From contig CM035353.1 in the NCBI GenBank assembly GCA_020137815.1, positions 3,658,001-3,722,000 on the forward strand: 64,000 nucleotides of DNA. Direction: 5' to 3'. Shown piece after piece: positions 1 through 11,523 of this stretch. Source of the stretch: Hormiphora californensis (Eukaryota; Animalia; Ctenophora). The notes beneath the pieces were generated by a model, which had not been told where the DNA came from, searched no databases, and saw nothing but the letters and a program-made list of their open reading frames with translations. Numbering within the stretch: position 1 is the first letter of the stretch; each line of letters starts with the position of its first letter. Made by a program: the position numbers and the translations under genes.

Positions 1-1159
1 TGAATATTGAAACTACTGAAATCTCGGGATTTTTATAGTATAATCTCTCATAGAGATGCGTCGCACTGCTGCAGCGATATATCACGTGATATAGTATTAC
101 GATGTCACGTGACATTGCTGGAGGGCGACACCCCTCCATGAGGGATAATATCAATTGATACTGATTATCCATTGGATATTGGAGGGCTTATATTGGGGAG
201 GGTGAGAGGGATATGAGTTATTGATGAAAACTGAAAAGGGAATCTATGGATGGAGTGGTGAGAGGGGTGTGGAGTAGGTGGAGTAGGTGGAGTAGGGGTT
301 GCTCTTCTTCCAAATATTATTTTGTATAGTATTCATATAATATGATGTTCAACTATGAGATTTTGAAGTTTAAGCCAAAAAAACATCCAGCCGTTTTGCT
401 CCAAAAACGGTTTTGTAAAACGTGGAAAATTGTAAAAATATTGTAAAAATTTGTGGTAAATACTATTACTATACTTTGCTGTTCTATGGGGATGTCCTTT
501 TGGCCAATTTACGATGTTAGCACCAGACCTCCAGCATCAAACGGTCTGGACTCTGGCGACATCTACTTACTTTTATATGTGTGTGTCACACGGTCGAGAT
601 CTCAACGCGCGTGACCAACTTCAGTGTGTCTCCTCCAAATCAAAATACGTCTGGCAGTGCCGTGCAGGTATACAATATACATTGTACAATGTACATACCC
701 CAACGGGACAAGTACCCGGACTTTTTGTAAGTTGCTATGTATACTTTGCTATTCTGCACGGCTCTTCACACGTCTTTTGATACAAACTTACCCGAGTACT
801 TGTGGTTAACATACCAGGGTACTTTTTTGTAAGTTGGTCGCTAATATAAGTGTGTGTCACACGGTTGAGATGTCAACACACGCAAGTAAAGTCGTACCCC
901 GATTTACCGTAACCCCGATTTACCGGGCACAACCTTTTCCCCCGAGCATCCAGGTAAATTAAATCGGTGTCCAACTGTAAATATACTAAATACGGGGGGG
1001 GGGGGGGGGATTTGGTTACGAAGTCACCCCATTTACTGCATAGATATATTAACGGGTAATTTCATTACCAAGGGGGGGGGGGGTGATATGCACCAAGCAC
1101 AAGGTACATTATTCAGTGAGGCCAAATTCATCCAACTAACATAGAATATTGTTACTTAA

Positions 1160-1587
1160 CCCTTTGAGACCGATAGGGTCACCATTGACCCCACGCTAAT
1201 TATGTATCTAGCGTCTGTCCGAACTAAATCTAAGAAGTTTAAATGGTTTTCCGGGTTAGAATAGACACTTTTTGGCTGTTTTTGGGGTCATTTTAAGCTT
1301 TGAACATCTTAGTTTACTAGAAATGCCAAGTCTAAGCCATAAAAGTTGAAATTTTGGTGTAAAGTTGGCCATATCTCTAAAACGGTATAAGTAAGCCAAT
1401 AATGGACCTACAAATCAAAAGAAAACCATAGGTTTTACCCCGGTATGAAGTTTCGTGATGATTTGATCAAATTTACAACGCTCGTAGAGACGAGTTTTTT
1501 GGTTCTGCTTTCAAGTAGGCTTGTTAGGAGTGTCTCCAGCAATTTTCAGATATTTCTGTCGATGGCGCCACTATCGGTCCCAAAGGG
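1160..1587. mobile_element. piggyBac-type MITE
   Basis: TIRs CCCTTTGAGACCGATAG / CTATCGGTCCCAAAGGG; TTAA on both sides (1156-1159, 1588-1591); no ORF. Confidence 0.85.
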
Positions 1588-1598
1588 TTAATATAAAT

Positions 1599-2064
1599 TA
1601 GGAGCCGGCGATATATATCGATATCGAATATTCGATGGAATATTCGATGGAATTCGAATGGAATATCGATATTTCGATTCGATAATATCGAATCGATATC
1701 GAATCGAGCCATTTTTCCCCGAAATATCGAATCGAAAATTTTCGATATCAAAATATCGATATCGATATCGAATCGAAAATTTTCGATATTGAAATATCGA
1801 ATCGATATCGAATCGAATTTTTTTTGATATCAAAATATCGAATCGATATCGAATCGAAATTTTTTCTATAACAAAATATCGAATCGATATCGAATCGAAA
1901 ATTTTTCGATAACAAAATATCGAATCGATATCGAATCGAAAATTTTTGATCGGCAAAAAAATATCTTGTTTTGTACAAACTCTTTTATTTTATTTTATAA
2001 AAATTCGCGGGGCAAAAAATATCGATATCGAATAGAAAAAAAATTGGGATATCGCCGGCTCCTA
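1599..2064. mobile_element. hAT-type MITE filled with ATCGA/GATATC palindromic microrepeats
   Basis: TIRs TAGGAGCCGGCGATA / TATCGCCGGCTCCTA; 8-bp TSD ATATAAAT (1591-1598, 2065-2072). Confidence 0.85.
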
Positions 2065-3400
2065 ATATAAATAATAATAATAATAATAAAGAGATTTGTA
2101 TACACGCTTATACCCTACATAACCAAGATACAAATAAAGATCTATACCCTGCCTGCAGAGCTTCAAAGCGGTTCACCACTCGAATATAAAACTAAAAGTA
2201 ATAATTACTAATGTCCAATAGAATAGTCCAATTCAATAGTCTGCTACTGTTCCAAAACTACAAATACCAGTCCACTGCTAGGTTTACTAACAAGAAAACA
2301 CAACTCGACTGCACACGCTAAACACTACTCAACAGTCACACTCACTCCTCATCATCCCCATCTACCACCTTTCCTCCCCTGATGTAGAAAGTCTTGTCTG
2401 GATACCGCGTCCTCTGAACCTTTAACTCCTCCACCAGTACTCGCCTTGCTGCTCTCTCCTCAGGGGTCCTATCAGGTGCCAGATAAAACCCTTTGAATTT
2501 CTCAGATTTCCTCAGACGCTCCTTGTTCTCCAACACGAACTTTCTGGTATCCCTGTTCTTAAACACCAGTTTCACAGGCCTGTTTCTTCCCTCAACATAC
2601 CTGCCTAGTCGGTAGTACGACCTGATTTCCCTCATTTCGACATCCCAGTTCTTCATCACGTGGAACATCTCACCCCACAGGTCACAATCCTCCTCTTCCT
2701 TACTATCAGCTAACCCATAACCAACCAGATTACATAACTTGTCCTCTGAAGCGGTGGTTATCGCTGTCCGAATACGCTGAGGAGCAAGGGCAGTTTCACA
2801 CTCTTTCTCCAGTACAGATGCAAAAGATTTTATCTCCTGTTCAGCAGTAGACTGTACAGCGGAGATCTCCTCATCTCGCTTCTCCAGCAGCTGGCACTGT
2901 AACTTAACTAGCCGGTCCTGGGCCTCTACTAAGGATCTCTGTCCTGCTATCAGCTCCTCTTGAGACTGCATAATTCTCCTCTCACAATCCTCAACATCAC
3001 TGTACAAATGATTCAAGGCTGGGTAGCACCGATATACCAACAAGTTACATGCTTTCTCTGCAAATTCAGCTAACTCTGTCTTTCCAACCTTGGCAATCTT
3101 GCTCTTGCTCGGACACTTCACACTGTCCCAAACACTACCACTAGGCATCAGACTCTTCGGGAATGAATCCACTACACCAGCATGAGCAAACAACTCTCGT
3201 ACCAGGTCAAAAACTTCACATTTAACATCTCCGTAAGTGTTTTTAGACACCTTTTCATCACTATTTACACGTAGCCGATCCTTAAAGCTGGAGCTAGATG
3301 CTGAGCTCATCAGGTAAGCACACGGTGAGATAGATATCACACAGTTAGAGAGAACAGATCACGTATCAGAGATAAGGGAGCAGTAAAACTGTAACGAATG
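2065..3400 (-). mobile_element. Non-autonomous ORF1-only LINE derivative with an L2-like 3' end
   Basis: ORF1-like frame, ~250-bp 3' UTR containing GTGAACCGCTTTGA...TATAAGCGTGTATACAAAT, then a (TTA)n tail; no ORF2; 5' limit approximate. Confidence 0.6.
2342..3310 (-). CDS. LINE ORF1-like protein (coiled coil + RRM-like + C-terminal domain), ~322 aa
   Basis: Intronless open frame from the first ATG at 3310; heptad-like stretch followed by NLVGYGL, RLGRY...RPVKLVF and FYLAPDRTPEER motifs typical of L2/CR1-group ORF1. Confidence 0.75.
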   Translation of the reverse strand: MSSASSSSFKDRLRVNSDEKVSKNTYGDVKCEVFDLVRELFAHAGVVDSFPKSLMPSGSVWDSVKCPSKSKIAKVGKTELAEFAEKACNLLVYRCYPALNHLYSDVEDCERRIMQSQEELIAGQRSLVEAQDRLVKLQCQLLEKRDEEISAVQSTAEQEIKSFASVLEKECETALAPQRIRTAITTASEDKLCNLVGYGLADSKEEEDCDLWGEMFHVMKNWDVEMREIRSYYRLGRYVEGRNRPVKLVFKNRDTRKFVLENKERLRKSEKFKGFYLAPDRTPEERAARRVLVEELKVQRTRYPDKTFYIRGGKVVDGDDEE

Positions 3401-3720
3401 CTGGAACAAGAAAGAATAAATAAAACAAGTATTAATTCTTATTTCTTGTTATCATAACCCCCCCCCCCCCACATATTTAGTCTTAGAGTAACTAGGGGGG
3501 ATGTGTTGTCTCATATAAGACCGTCGGTCCGGTGCGATCTTACGGTCTTACCCCCAAAAGGTCTACTTGGATCTGAGTTTTATGCTCACCTAAAAGAGTC
3601 GCGCAAAGCAAATGCTGTCACGCGCCAACTCTTCTCTCTCTTTAGTCCAAATGCGTCTCTCACTTATCCCATGCGGTGGGTGTTAGGTGGCCGGCAACCA
3701 GGTGCCTGGTCGCTGACCAT

Positions 3721-4720
3721 CTAACACCCACTCTCCCACTACCAGGTGCAGCACCCCCACCTAACACCCACTCTCCCACTACCAGATGCAGCACCCCTAC
3801 CTAACACCGACTCTCCCACTACCAGGTGCAGCACCCCCACCTAACACCCACTCTCCCACTACCAGATGCAGCACCCCCACCTAACACCCACTCTCCCACT
3901 ACCAGGTACAGCAGCCCCACCTAACACCCACTCTCCCAACACCAGGTGCAGCACCCCCACCTAACACCCACTCTCCCACTACCAGGTGCAGCACCCCCAC
4001 CTAACACCCACTCTCCCACTACCAGGTGCAGCACCCCCACCTAACACCCACTCTCCCACTACCAGGTGCAGCACCCCCACCTAACACCCACTCTCCCACT
4101 ACCAGGTGCAGCACCCCCACCTAACACCCACTCTCCCACTACCAGGTGCAGCACCCCCACCTAACACCCACTCTCCCACTACCAGGTGCAGCACCCCCAC
4201 CTAACACCCACTCTCCCACTACCAGGTGCAGCACCCCCACCTAACACCCACTCTCCCACTACCAGGTGCAGCACCCCCACCTAACACCCACTCTCCCACT
4301 ACCAGGTGCAGCACCCCCACCTAACACCCACTCTCCCACTACCAGGTGCAGCACCCCCACCTAACACCCACTCTCCCACTACCAGGTGCAGCACCCCCAC
4401 CTAACACCCACTCTCCCACTACCAGGTGCAGCACCCCCACCTAACACCCACTCTCCCACTACCAGGTGCAGCACCCCCACCTAACACCCACTCTCCCACT
4501 ACCAGGTGCAGCACCCCCACCTAACACCCACTCTCCCACCACCAGGTGCAGCACCCCCACCTAACACCCACTCTCCCACTACCAGGTGCAGCACCCCCAC
4601 CTAACACCCACTCTCCCACTACCAGGTGCAGCACCCCCACCTAACACCCACTCTCCCACTACCAGGTGCAGCACCCCCACCTAACACCCACTCTCCCACT
4701 ACCAGGTGCAGCACCCCCAC
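3721..4720. repeat. 40-bp minisatellite, 25 units
   Basis: Unit CTAACACCCACTCTCCCACTACCAGGTGCAGCACCCCCAC repeated head to tail; variants mostly in the first six units. Confidence 0.97.
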
Positions 4721-5012
4721 CCGCCGGAGGTGGATGAGGAAGGTAATTGCCCACTTTTTTCAAAGTGGGCGGCAGGGGAAGGTGGGTTTCTCAGCTGCGA
4801 GACTCCCCTACAGTTCCCCGGACAGGACTGGGAGGTATGGAAATATGACGATGTTACTGTAAACCAATAGGACGGTAACTGCTGATGAATTACCTCTTAA
4901 ACTGTCTTGCATATATGATCTGATGTCAAATCAATGGACTATATTACGAATGAACAATTATGAATTAACGTTTATATTTAAACGTCTAGTAAGTCACTGA
5001 GATAATTCAATG

Positions 5013-5245
5013 TAAAGGAAAACCCAAGCAACAATAGCCCTCACTTGGGTTTTGTGAAATTTCCCACGGTCATTGCTCCACCCCCTGATGAGATAGAGAC
5101 TTGAAATTTTGTAGTGAGGTAGAACTCGACATGATCTATCCAACTACAAAATTTCAAGTCTCTATCTCATCAGGGGGTGGAGCAATGATCGTGGGAAATT
5201 TCACAAAACCCAAGTGAGGGCTATTGTTGCTTGGGTTTTCCTTTA
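5013..5245. mobile_element. Small foldback (hairpin) MITE
   Basis: ~100-bp near-perfect inverted arms around a ~30-bp spacer. Confidence 0.75.
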
Positions 5246-5290
5246 GTTGGATATTATCAGAATCGAAATGTAGTAGAGAAAGTTGTTGTA

Positions 5291-6731
5291 CAGGGTGTCC
5301 CACTGTCTTTGCGTGACCTATGATTTTGGGTGATGAGTGGGTTCCATTCAAATGCTCATAACTCATCGAAAAATTGGTCAAAACGGCTCAACCAAAAACA
5401 GTGTTGTAGAGAATTGTCAGGCGAACATTTGGGTACAAGATTGATGTTCCAAGTCTTACCAACCGTCAGATATATCGTCTTACACGGGGGATTACGGGGG
5501 CTCGAATAGATCGCCCGTATAGATCGCCCGTACCAGTCGCCCGTACATTTGCTTTGCGCATTACGTTTCATCGCACTTTCACCACAAAAAGGTACATGCG
5601 CGTTACGCACATGTGTTTTGTTGTGGTGAAAGTGTGGTGAAACGTAATGCGCAAAGCAAATGTACGGGCGACTGGTACGGGCGATTGGTACGGGCGTCTC
5701 ATCCGGGCCCCCGTAATCCGCTGCCTTAAAGTCAAAAATACGTGTTCATGAAATCCGACCGGGGTTCACGTTTTGAAAAATTCACAAATGCAAAGTTGCT
5801 CGGATCACATTGCATCCCTCATAAGAGTTGTAGGAAATTGTCTGGCGGTCATTTTGGTACCCGAGTTTTTGTCCTAGCTCAATGTTTAGAGTGTCTTATG
5901 ACTGTCAGAACTGGAATTTTCACAAAAGTGGTCTCAGGTATCGCATTACATTTTGCCCTGTTATGAAGCTCATTGCTGCTTGAATAACATCTTAGTGCAT
6001 GATAGGGTTGAGACCACTTGCGTATCCTACACATTAACAGGGGCCTTGCCAAATCGTCATAACAACCCTGTCAAGTGTCTAGATGAAATTGAGACGATAT
6101 GTGCTGATTATCATGGGATTACACACGACACCGAGCCACCTAATTAGGCGTTGTGAGCCGATACCAACTAAGACTCAGCGTAGACAAATCCTTATGTTCC
6201 TACAGTCATAACGCAACTAAAACGTAGAGCTATGGATAAAATCATGGTATCAAAATGAACCTTAGACGATTCCAATGAAGCCCTTATAAATTTCAAACCA
6301 TTTTACCCATTTGTTGATGACACGTGATCCCCTCAAAAATGTTGGTTGAATTTCGTCTTTAGACAGTCATAAGACAGTCTAAACATTAAGCTAGGACAAA
6401 AACCCGGGTACCAAAGTGACCGCCAGACAGTTTCCTACAACTCTTATGAGGGATGCAATGTGATCCGAGCAACTTTGCATATGTGAATTTTTCAAAACGT
6501 GAACCCCGGTCGGATTTCATGAACACGTATTTTTGACTTTAAGACGATATATCTGACGGTTGGTAAAACTTGGAACATCAATCTTGTACCCAAATGTTCG
6601 CCTGACAATTCTCTACAACACTGTTTTTGGTTGAGCCGTTTTGACCAATTTTTCGATGAGTTATGAGCATTTGAATGGAACCCACTCATCACCCAAAATC
6701 ACAGGTCACGCAAAGACAGTGGGACACCCTG
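5291..6731. mobile_element. Tc1/mariner-type non-autonomous element with long TIRs (copy 1)
   Basis: TA|CAGGGTGTCCCACTGTCTTTGCGTGACC...GGGACACCCTG|TA; ~370-bp inverted arms; second copy at 47349-48554 in opposite orientation. Confidence 0.9.
5483..5725. mobile_element. Nested Harbinger-like MITE
   Basis: TTA TSD; absent from the opposite arm and from the 47 kb copy; relative at ~55709-55822 with TAA flanks. Confidence 0.8.
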
Positions 6732-6817
6732 TATAACAAAAAGAGAAGGCATTTTGTTTTATTTGATGTTTTTAATTTTCCTAAATTAAATGTTCTTTTT
6801 TATTACTGCATAACATA

Positions 6818-6993
6818 CAGTCGGACCCTGATTTACTGGCCCCCGTGATTTAAGCTGTTTGAAGATATATTTCCCCCAATATACACTGCAGTAATAAAGG
6901 AAATTAACTGTACTTGACCCCAATATACTGGGCACCCTAATTTACCGGACAAAACCCTTTCCCCGAGCATCCCGGTAAACCTGGGTCCGACTG
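6818..6993. mobile_element. CAGTCGGACCCCG-family MITE (TA TSD)
   Basis: TA|CAGTCGGACC...GGTCCGACTG|TA; other copies at 17086-17804, 51211-51363, 54320-54478, ~39467-39665, and tandem fragments at 41452-41748. Confidence 0.85.
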
Positions 6994-7097
6994 TATCTAA
7001 TTTGGACGACACTCGAATAGGGGAAACAGAAATCATCTGTAGGTGCACGGTTAAGTTGGCGTGCTCCCCCTCCCCAAACCTCAGTTGTACACTCTAG

Positions 7098-7197
7098 GAC
7101 CGAAACAAGTAAACAACCAATCAGAACTCGTTATTCAGGTCACGTGACTGGTCATCAGCCAATCAGGGACCAGTATTTCCTGATTCTGTCGGTTCCC
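7098..7197 (+). mobile_element. ~108-bp high-copy mini-element (truncated copy)
   Basis: GACCGAAACAAGTAAACAACCAATCAGAACTCG...GGTCACGTGACTGG...CCAATCAGGGACCAGTATTTCC; related copies at 26871, 39310, 48864 and 56369. Confidence 0.85.
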
Positions 7198-7978
7198 TCC
7201 CCAAACTTCAGTTGGACACTCTAGGAGGGACAATGTCACTGACATTTGACATGATATAGAGCCCAGCTTTCTTTCACCGATGGGTTAATGTGGACTCCTA
7301 TGATCAGTTTGGGCACTCTAGAATTTCTAGTAGAAATATATAATAGTCCAGCTTTCTTTCTACTAGAAATTCTAGAGTGCCCACACTTTCTTATATACTG
7401 GTTGGGAAGTAATGGCCGAGTACGTATGAGAGCTAAGTGGACCCCGGTTTCAGGGGAGCGAAGAGGGTCCCTGAGACCACCCAGCCCTTTTAAACTCGTA
7501 TATCATAATACACATGGAATGTGGGCAGCAGCAATCCCACTATATCTTGCCAGCTGGCTGAATTACCCACTGGTCTGATTACCCACGTCCTACACCATTG
7601 TGATTTTCAGATCTGAGAGGATAATTGCTGCCTCTCGGTGTCAAATGATTTGCCGTGCCAGGAATGTTCCTTCATTCGAGTGACCGTTACTCCAGCCCCT
7701 ATTCATGTGTCGGGAATAGGCGAGCCGTGTTATAACAGGCGAGAAGTTGCGTCTGTCACTGTCAGTGCACACTGCACTGCACTGCAGCCAGCGGCACGTT
7801 TCAGACTTGATCTGCCGAGTGAACAAATCCGTTATTATTATATGTTATATGAAAGTTGCAGTTGTCCACCGTTCCGTTCTTTCAGGACCGATCGCAAATC
7901 GTGGGATCTATCTCTATCTATCTTTTTGCATTATATATTTTCTCTCTGCGCAAGGGACATCGTTCCCAAGGATTCTCC

Positions 7979-8521
7979 TTGGATCCATCGCATCCTATTC
8001 TCGCTCCGCGAATAATAGGATCCCGGCCCGTTGAGAGCAAGAACTCACGTGCGCGCGATATAAAGCACGTTTTCAGCAGATCGCGCGTGATAGACCGTTT
8101 TTGGAGACCTTTTTAGCTGACCTAGCACTACTCAAAGGTCAATTATGGCCTCATTTCGCATCGTGATGAATCGGCGGGTATTTTCCCATACTCACAAGGC
8201 CATGAAGATTCCCCCAGTACCCGCAGATTGTCCCAGGACCGAGTAGGAGCTTGCAGCCAGGTCTTTAAAGAATTGCTCATGTTTAGCGTCAATTTTGACC
8301 CACTATTCCTCAAATGCTGATACTCGCGGGTATTTTCCGTAAAACTAGAGACAATTATCTGCCAGGAGCAACAAACGAGATGCAAATCGGTTCAGTAGTT
8401 CCTTGCAGCCAGGTCTTTAAAAAAGTTTGCTCTAAAATCAATAACGGACCGGAGGCCTAGATGTGAGATCGATCTCGGTCGCCGCGCGACCTCGATCTCA
8501 CTCAGGCATCAATGTGGCCAA
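7979..8521. mobile_element. 543-bp non-autonomous element with TTGG...CCAA termini and 9-bp TSD (copy 1)
   Basis: TSD GGATTCTCC; near-identical copy at 17246-17788 with TSD AATCGGGGT. Confidence 0.85.
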
Positions 8522-9198
8522 GGATTCTCCGTGGTTACTATTTTTTCCCCGCCCGGGTGAAGGCCGAAGGCCTTCACCCGGATGCCTTTTGCAAAAAGGC
8601 ATACGGGGTTTAGAAATCTAAACGGATATAGTGACTATGTGTAGCAAGTCAGCTCTCTTGTCCCGTTTCAGGTTGCGAGGGGCAACATGTAGCAACTAGA
8701 GCCGCGCACACAACAACAACCTGCTCCTTCATAAACCACTTCATTGACACTTTTTCAGGAAATGTGTGGCGCGCAATTCCGCAATGTGGCGCACAATTTA
8801 GTGCTACTAAAACACAAGGATTTGTTCTATACTGTTTGCCTGATCTATAAATGATCCGAAATGTCTGTCCCGCCTTCGTGTTAGGAATGAAACGTGGCGG
8901 GGAAACATAGCATTATGAAACATAATGCATTTATTCTTGTTAACTCCACAATGACTACACTCTAGGGGTTACTCAACAATACACTCCATCGCTAAGCGAG
9001 AGATCCTCCTCTTCGCATCTGATCTCATTATCTCTCTAGAGTGAATGGAGGTTAGTTGAGATTCTCTATTCTCTACGCAAGCCTCTTCACTGCTCTCTCG
9101 TGTAAGAGGCTGGAAAGATCTCTCCAGCATGTATGCTTAGTGCTGCTTAGTGCTTTCCCTGAAAATATGTTCCCTGTTTTGCCCCTATAATTGTATAC

Positions 9199-10137
9199 CT
9201 GCAGTTATAGTAGCTGTACATTTTAGTTTGTCTGTGTGAGAAGTTGCCACAGTTAGATAAACACTCGAGTGCACTCTGCTGCTCAGATTCGTTTAGATGC
9301 TCAAACATCTGTGGAGAGAGAGCTAATTGGTATAGTTGATCGTTAATTGGGAAAGTTAAACAGGGATTGTTGTAATCGTGAAACTGAAAAATCGGCAACT
9401 TTTTTGTCATTCTCCGACCATTCCCGGCAGCTTCAACTTGGCGTGCCACCGGGGTGGAGAGAGGTCATAAATGGAGATAATTTAATAATAATACGTTGGA
9501 TAATCAGGGCGGAATCACACCAAGATCTTCGAAAGAATTGTTTCGACGCACCAAACCCAATCACACTGAAAAGTTTCGTTGGTTCTTCACAGCAGGCGTT
9601 CAGTTGTTGTGAACGCCTGCTGTGCGCGGCGCATTGGCACGTGCATCTTGGGCGCTGGCAGGCTTTCACATGTTGTAACATATAGAAGCCTGCCAGCGCT
9701 CAAGATGCACGTGCCAATGCGCCGCGCACAGCAGGCGTTCACAACAACTGAACGCCTGCTGTGAAGAACCAACGAAACTTTTCAGTGTGATTGGGTTTGG
9801 TGCGTCGAAACAATTCTTTCGAAGATCTTGGTGTGATTCCGCCCTTAGCTGTTTATTAGAAAAATAATATTTGTGAGATTTATAAACACGTGATATTAAA
9901 AAACGGCTCATAAATTCACATCTCACTCACATCTTTAGAGGGCGTGCCAGCGCTGACAAGTGCCAGTAGCTCCACCAGATATTCTACCAACTCAGAATTG
10001 TCCGGGAACTGCTTCGTGATACTGTTCCGAGCGGCGGACAGGGGGAATGACAGAAGTGCCATTTGTAGATCGTGTTGCAGCATTATGTGGAGTGCACAGT
10101 TGGATGGATATAAAGCCAATCCACACTGCAACCATAT
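9199..10137 (-). CDS. Partial gene, possibly Integrator subunit 10 (INTS10)-like N-terminal exons
   Basis: Clean AG-GT exon 10137-9931 (IWLQCGLALYPSN...QFPDNSELVEYL) and downstream frame MFEHLNESEQQSAL resemble, from memory, INTS10 AWLITARSLYPAD...NFPDQPVVWREI...LFETLPGRVQCEML; flanking exons not resolved. Confidence 0.35.
9507..9844. mobile_element. Near-perfect palindromic MITE (Harbinger-like)
   Basis: ~160-bp identical inverted arms starting GGGCGGAATCACACC; ~20-bp spacer; TCA/TTA flanks. Confidence 0.85.
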
Positions 10138-11523
10138 CTGAGCGGGGAGAAAAAGAGGGGATTAGGAGTGGGGACTGGGGAGGGATGGGGAGTAGGGAGA
10201 GAGGGGATTAGGAATACGACCCTCTGTAACGTAAAAACCGTAACTCCGATTTGCATGAAATTTTGAACGCGTGCTCTAGGTGTCAAGGCAACACGAACTA
10301 CCAAGCGGCATGTTCGTAGGACAACGAGAAGGTTGTCTAAAACAAAGTTGAAATTGCCGATTTCAGACAATAGGGTATACACTGGCTATTTGAAACGGCT
10401 GCCAATTTGAAACAGTGTCTGGCTATGTGAAACACATGGACTGGCTATTTGAAACGTAGTGCCCCGTATGTGGTAGTTTGTTTAGGAGAGGCATAGCCAA
10501 CAGTACGGGGACATGCCGTTATTTTAAATTCTGGAATAGAAACAATCCTTGTGTTTTAATAAAAAACTCAAAGATTTCCATTTTATTTCAAAAAATGAAA
10601 ATTAAGAAACTTGAATATAATTATAAATAGCTTTTTAAACCTCAGGGCGCACACAGACTGACCATACTTGACCATGACCATATTATGTGTCAAGATTTTG
10701 ACCAAGTTGCACAGACTGACCAAACTTGATCATTTGACCAAGCTTGGAGAGTAAAAATTGAAACGAATTCATAACATAGCGAAAACCACTGAACCCGACT
10801 AATTTTGACACGCTGAATCACGTAAGCAACTTTTCCAATCCGTCTGAGATCGGGAAAGTGCCTTAGTTGAGCAATTAAGGCCAATTAGACCCAATTATAC
10901 TCAATTAGGGCACTTCATCGACCTCAGACGGATTGGAAAAGTTGCTTACGTGATTCAGTGTATCGAAATTAGTCAGGTTCAGTGGTTTTCGCTATGATAT
11001 GATCTGCAGGGCAAGCGAGTCTGGTAACTTGAAACACCGCGGAGGGCTATTTGAAACACTTTTCTCCAAATCCGCTGTCGGAAATTTTTGATGTTCATTT
11101 TGAGCATAGGGGGGATATGAATTATGAGTTTAGCCATTTCCGCCAGAAATTGGCCGAATTTGGGGCAAAAACTGTTTTCCTGGCTATTTGAAACACTTTT
11201 CGGAAACATTCGCTGCACCAAGCACATGTAACAAAATTCAGATTTCAGACATGGAATAGCTCTGTACAACCCTTTTCTAACTATTCCATGTCGAAAATCT
11301 CGGTTTCGTGGACGAATTGAGGGAGATACGGCTGTTTCAAATTAGCAGACTGGGGCGGGCTAATTGAAACACCAAATTTGGATAGATATCACGTGACCCT
11401 GACCCCGGAAGACAAAATGAGACATCTCAAACCACTTCAAAAACTACCCTGGGACTGTCTCGGTAACATAGGGTGAAAAAATTTTGGGTTCGACTTGATT
11501 TGTGGACACACGAAGGAAAAAAG

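Noticed and set aside
1524-1978. RFDIDS-repeat ORFs, and RTEPN/FGSVR ORFs at 29.6 and 31.1 kb
   Set aside because: Read-through of MITE subterminal microrepeats
3721-4720. CRISPR-like array
   Set aside because: Units are contiguous with no unique spacers, no cas genes, eukaryotic context
5084-5110. Hammerhead ribozyme core (CTGATGA...GAAA)
   Set aside because: No convincing stem II or flanking stems; lies in a MITE arm
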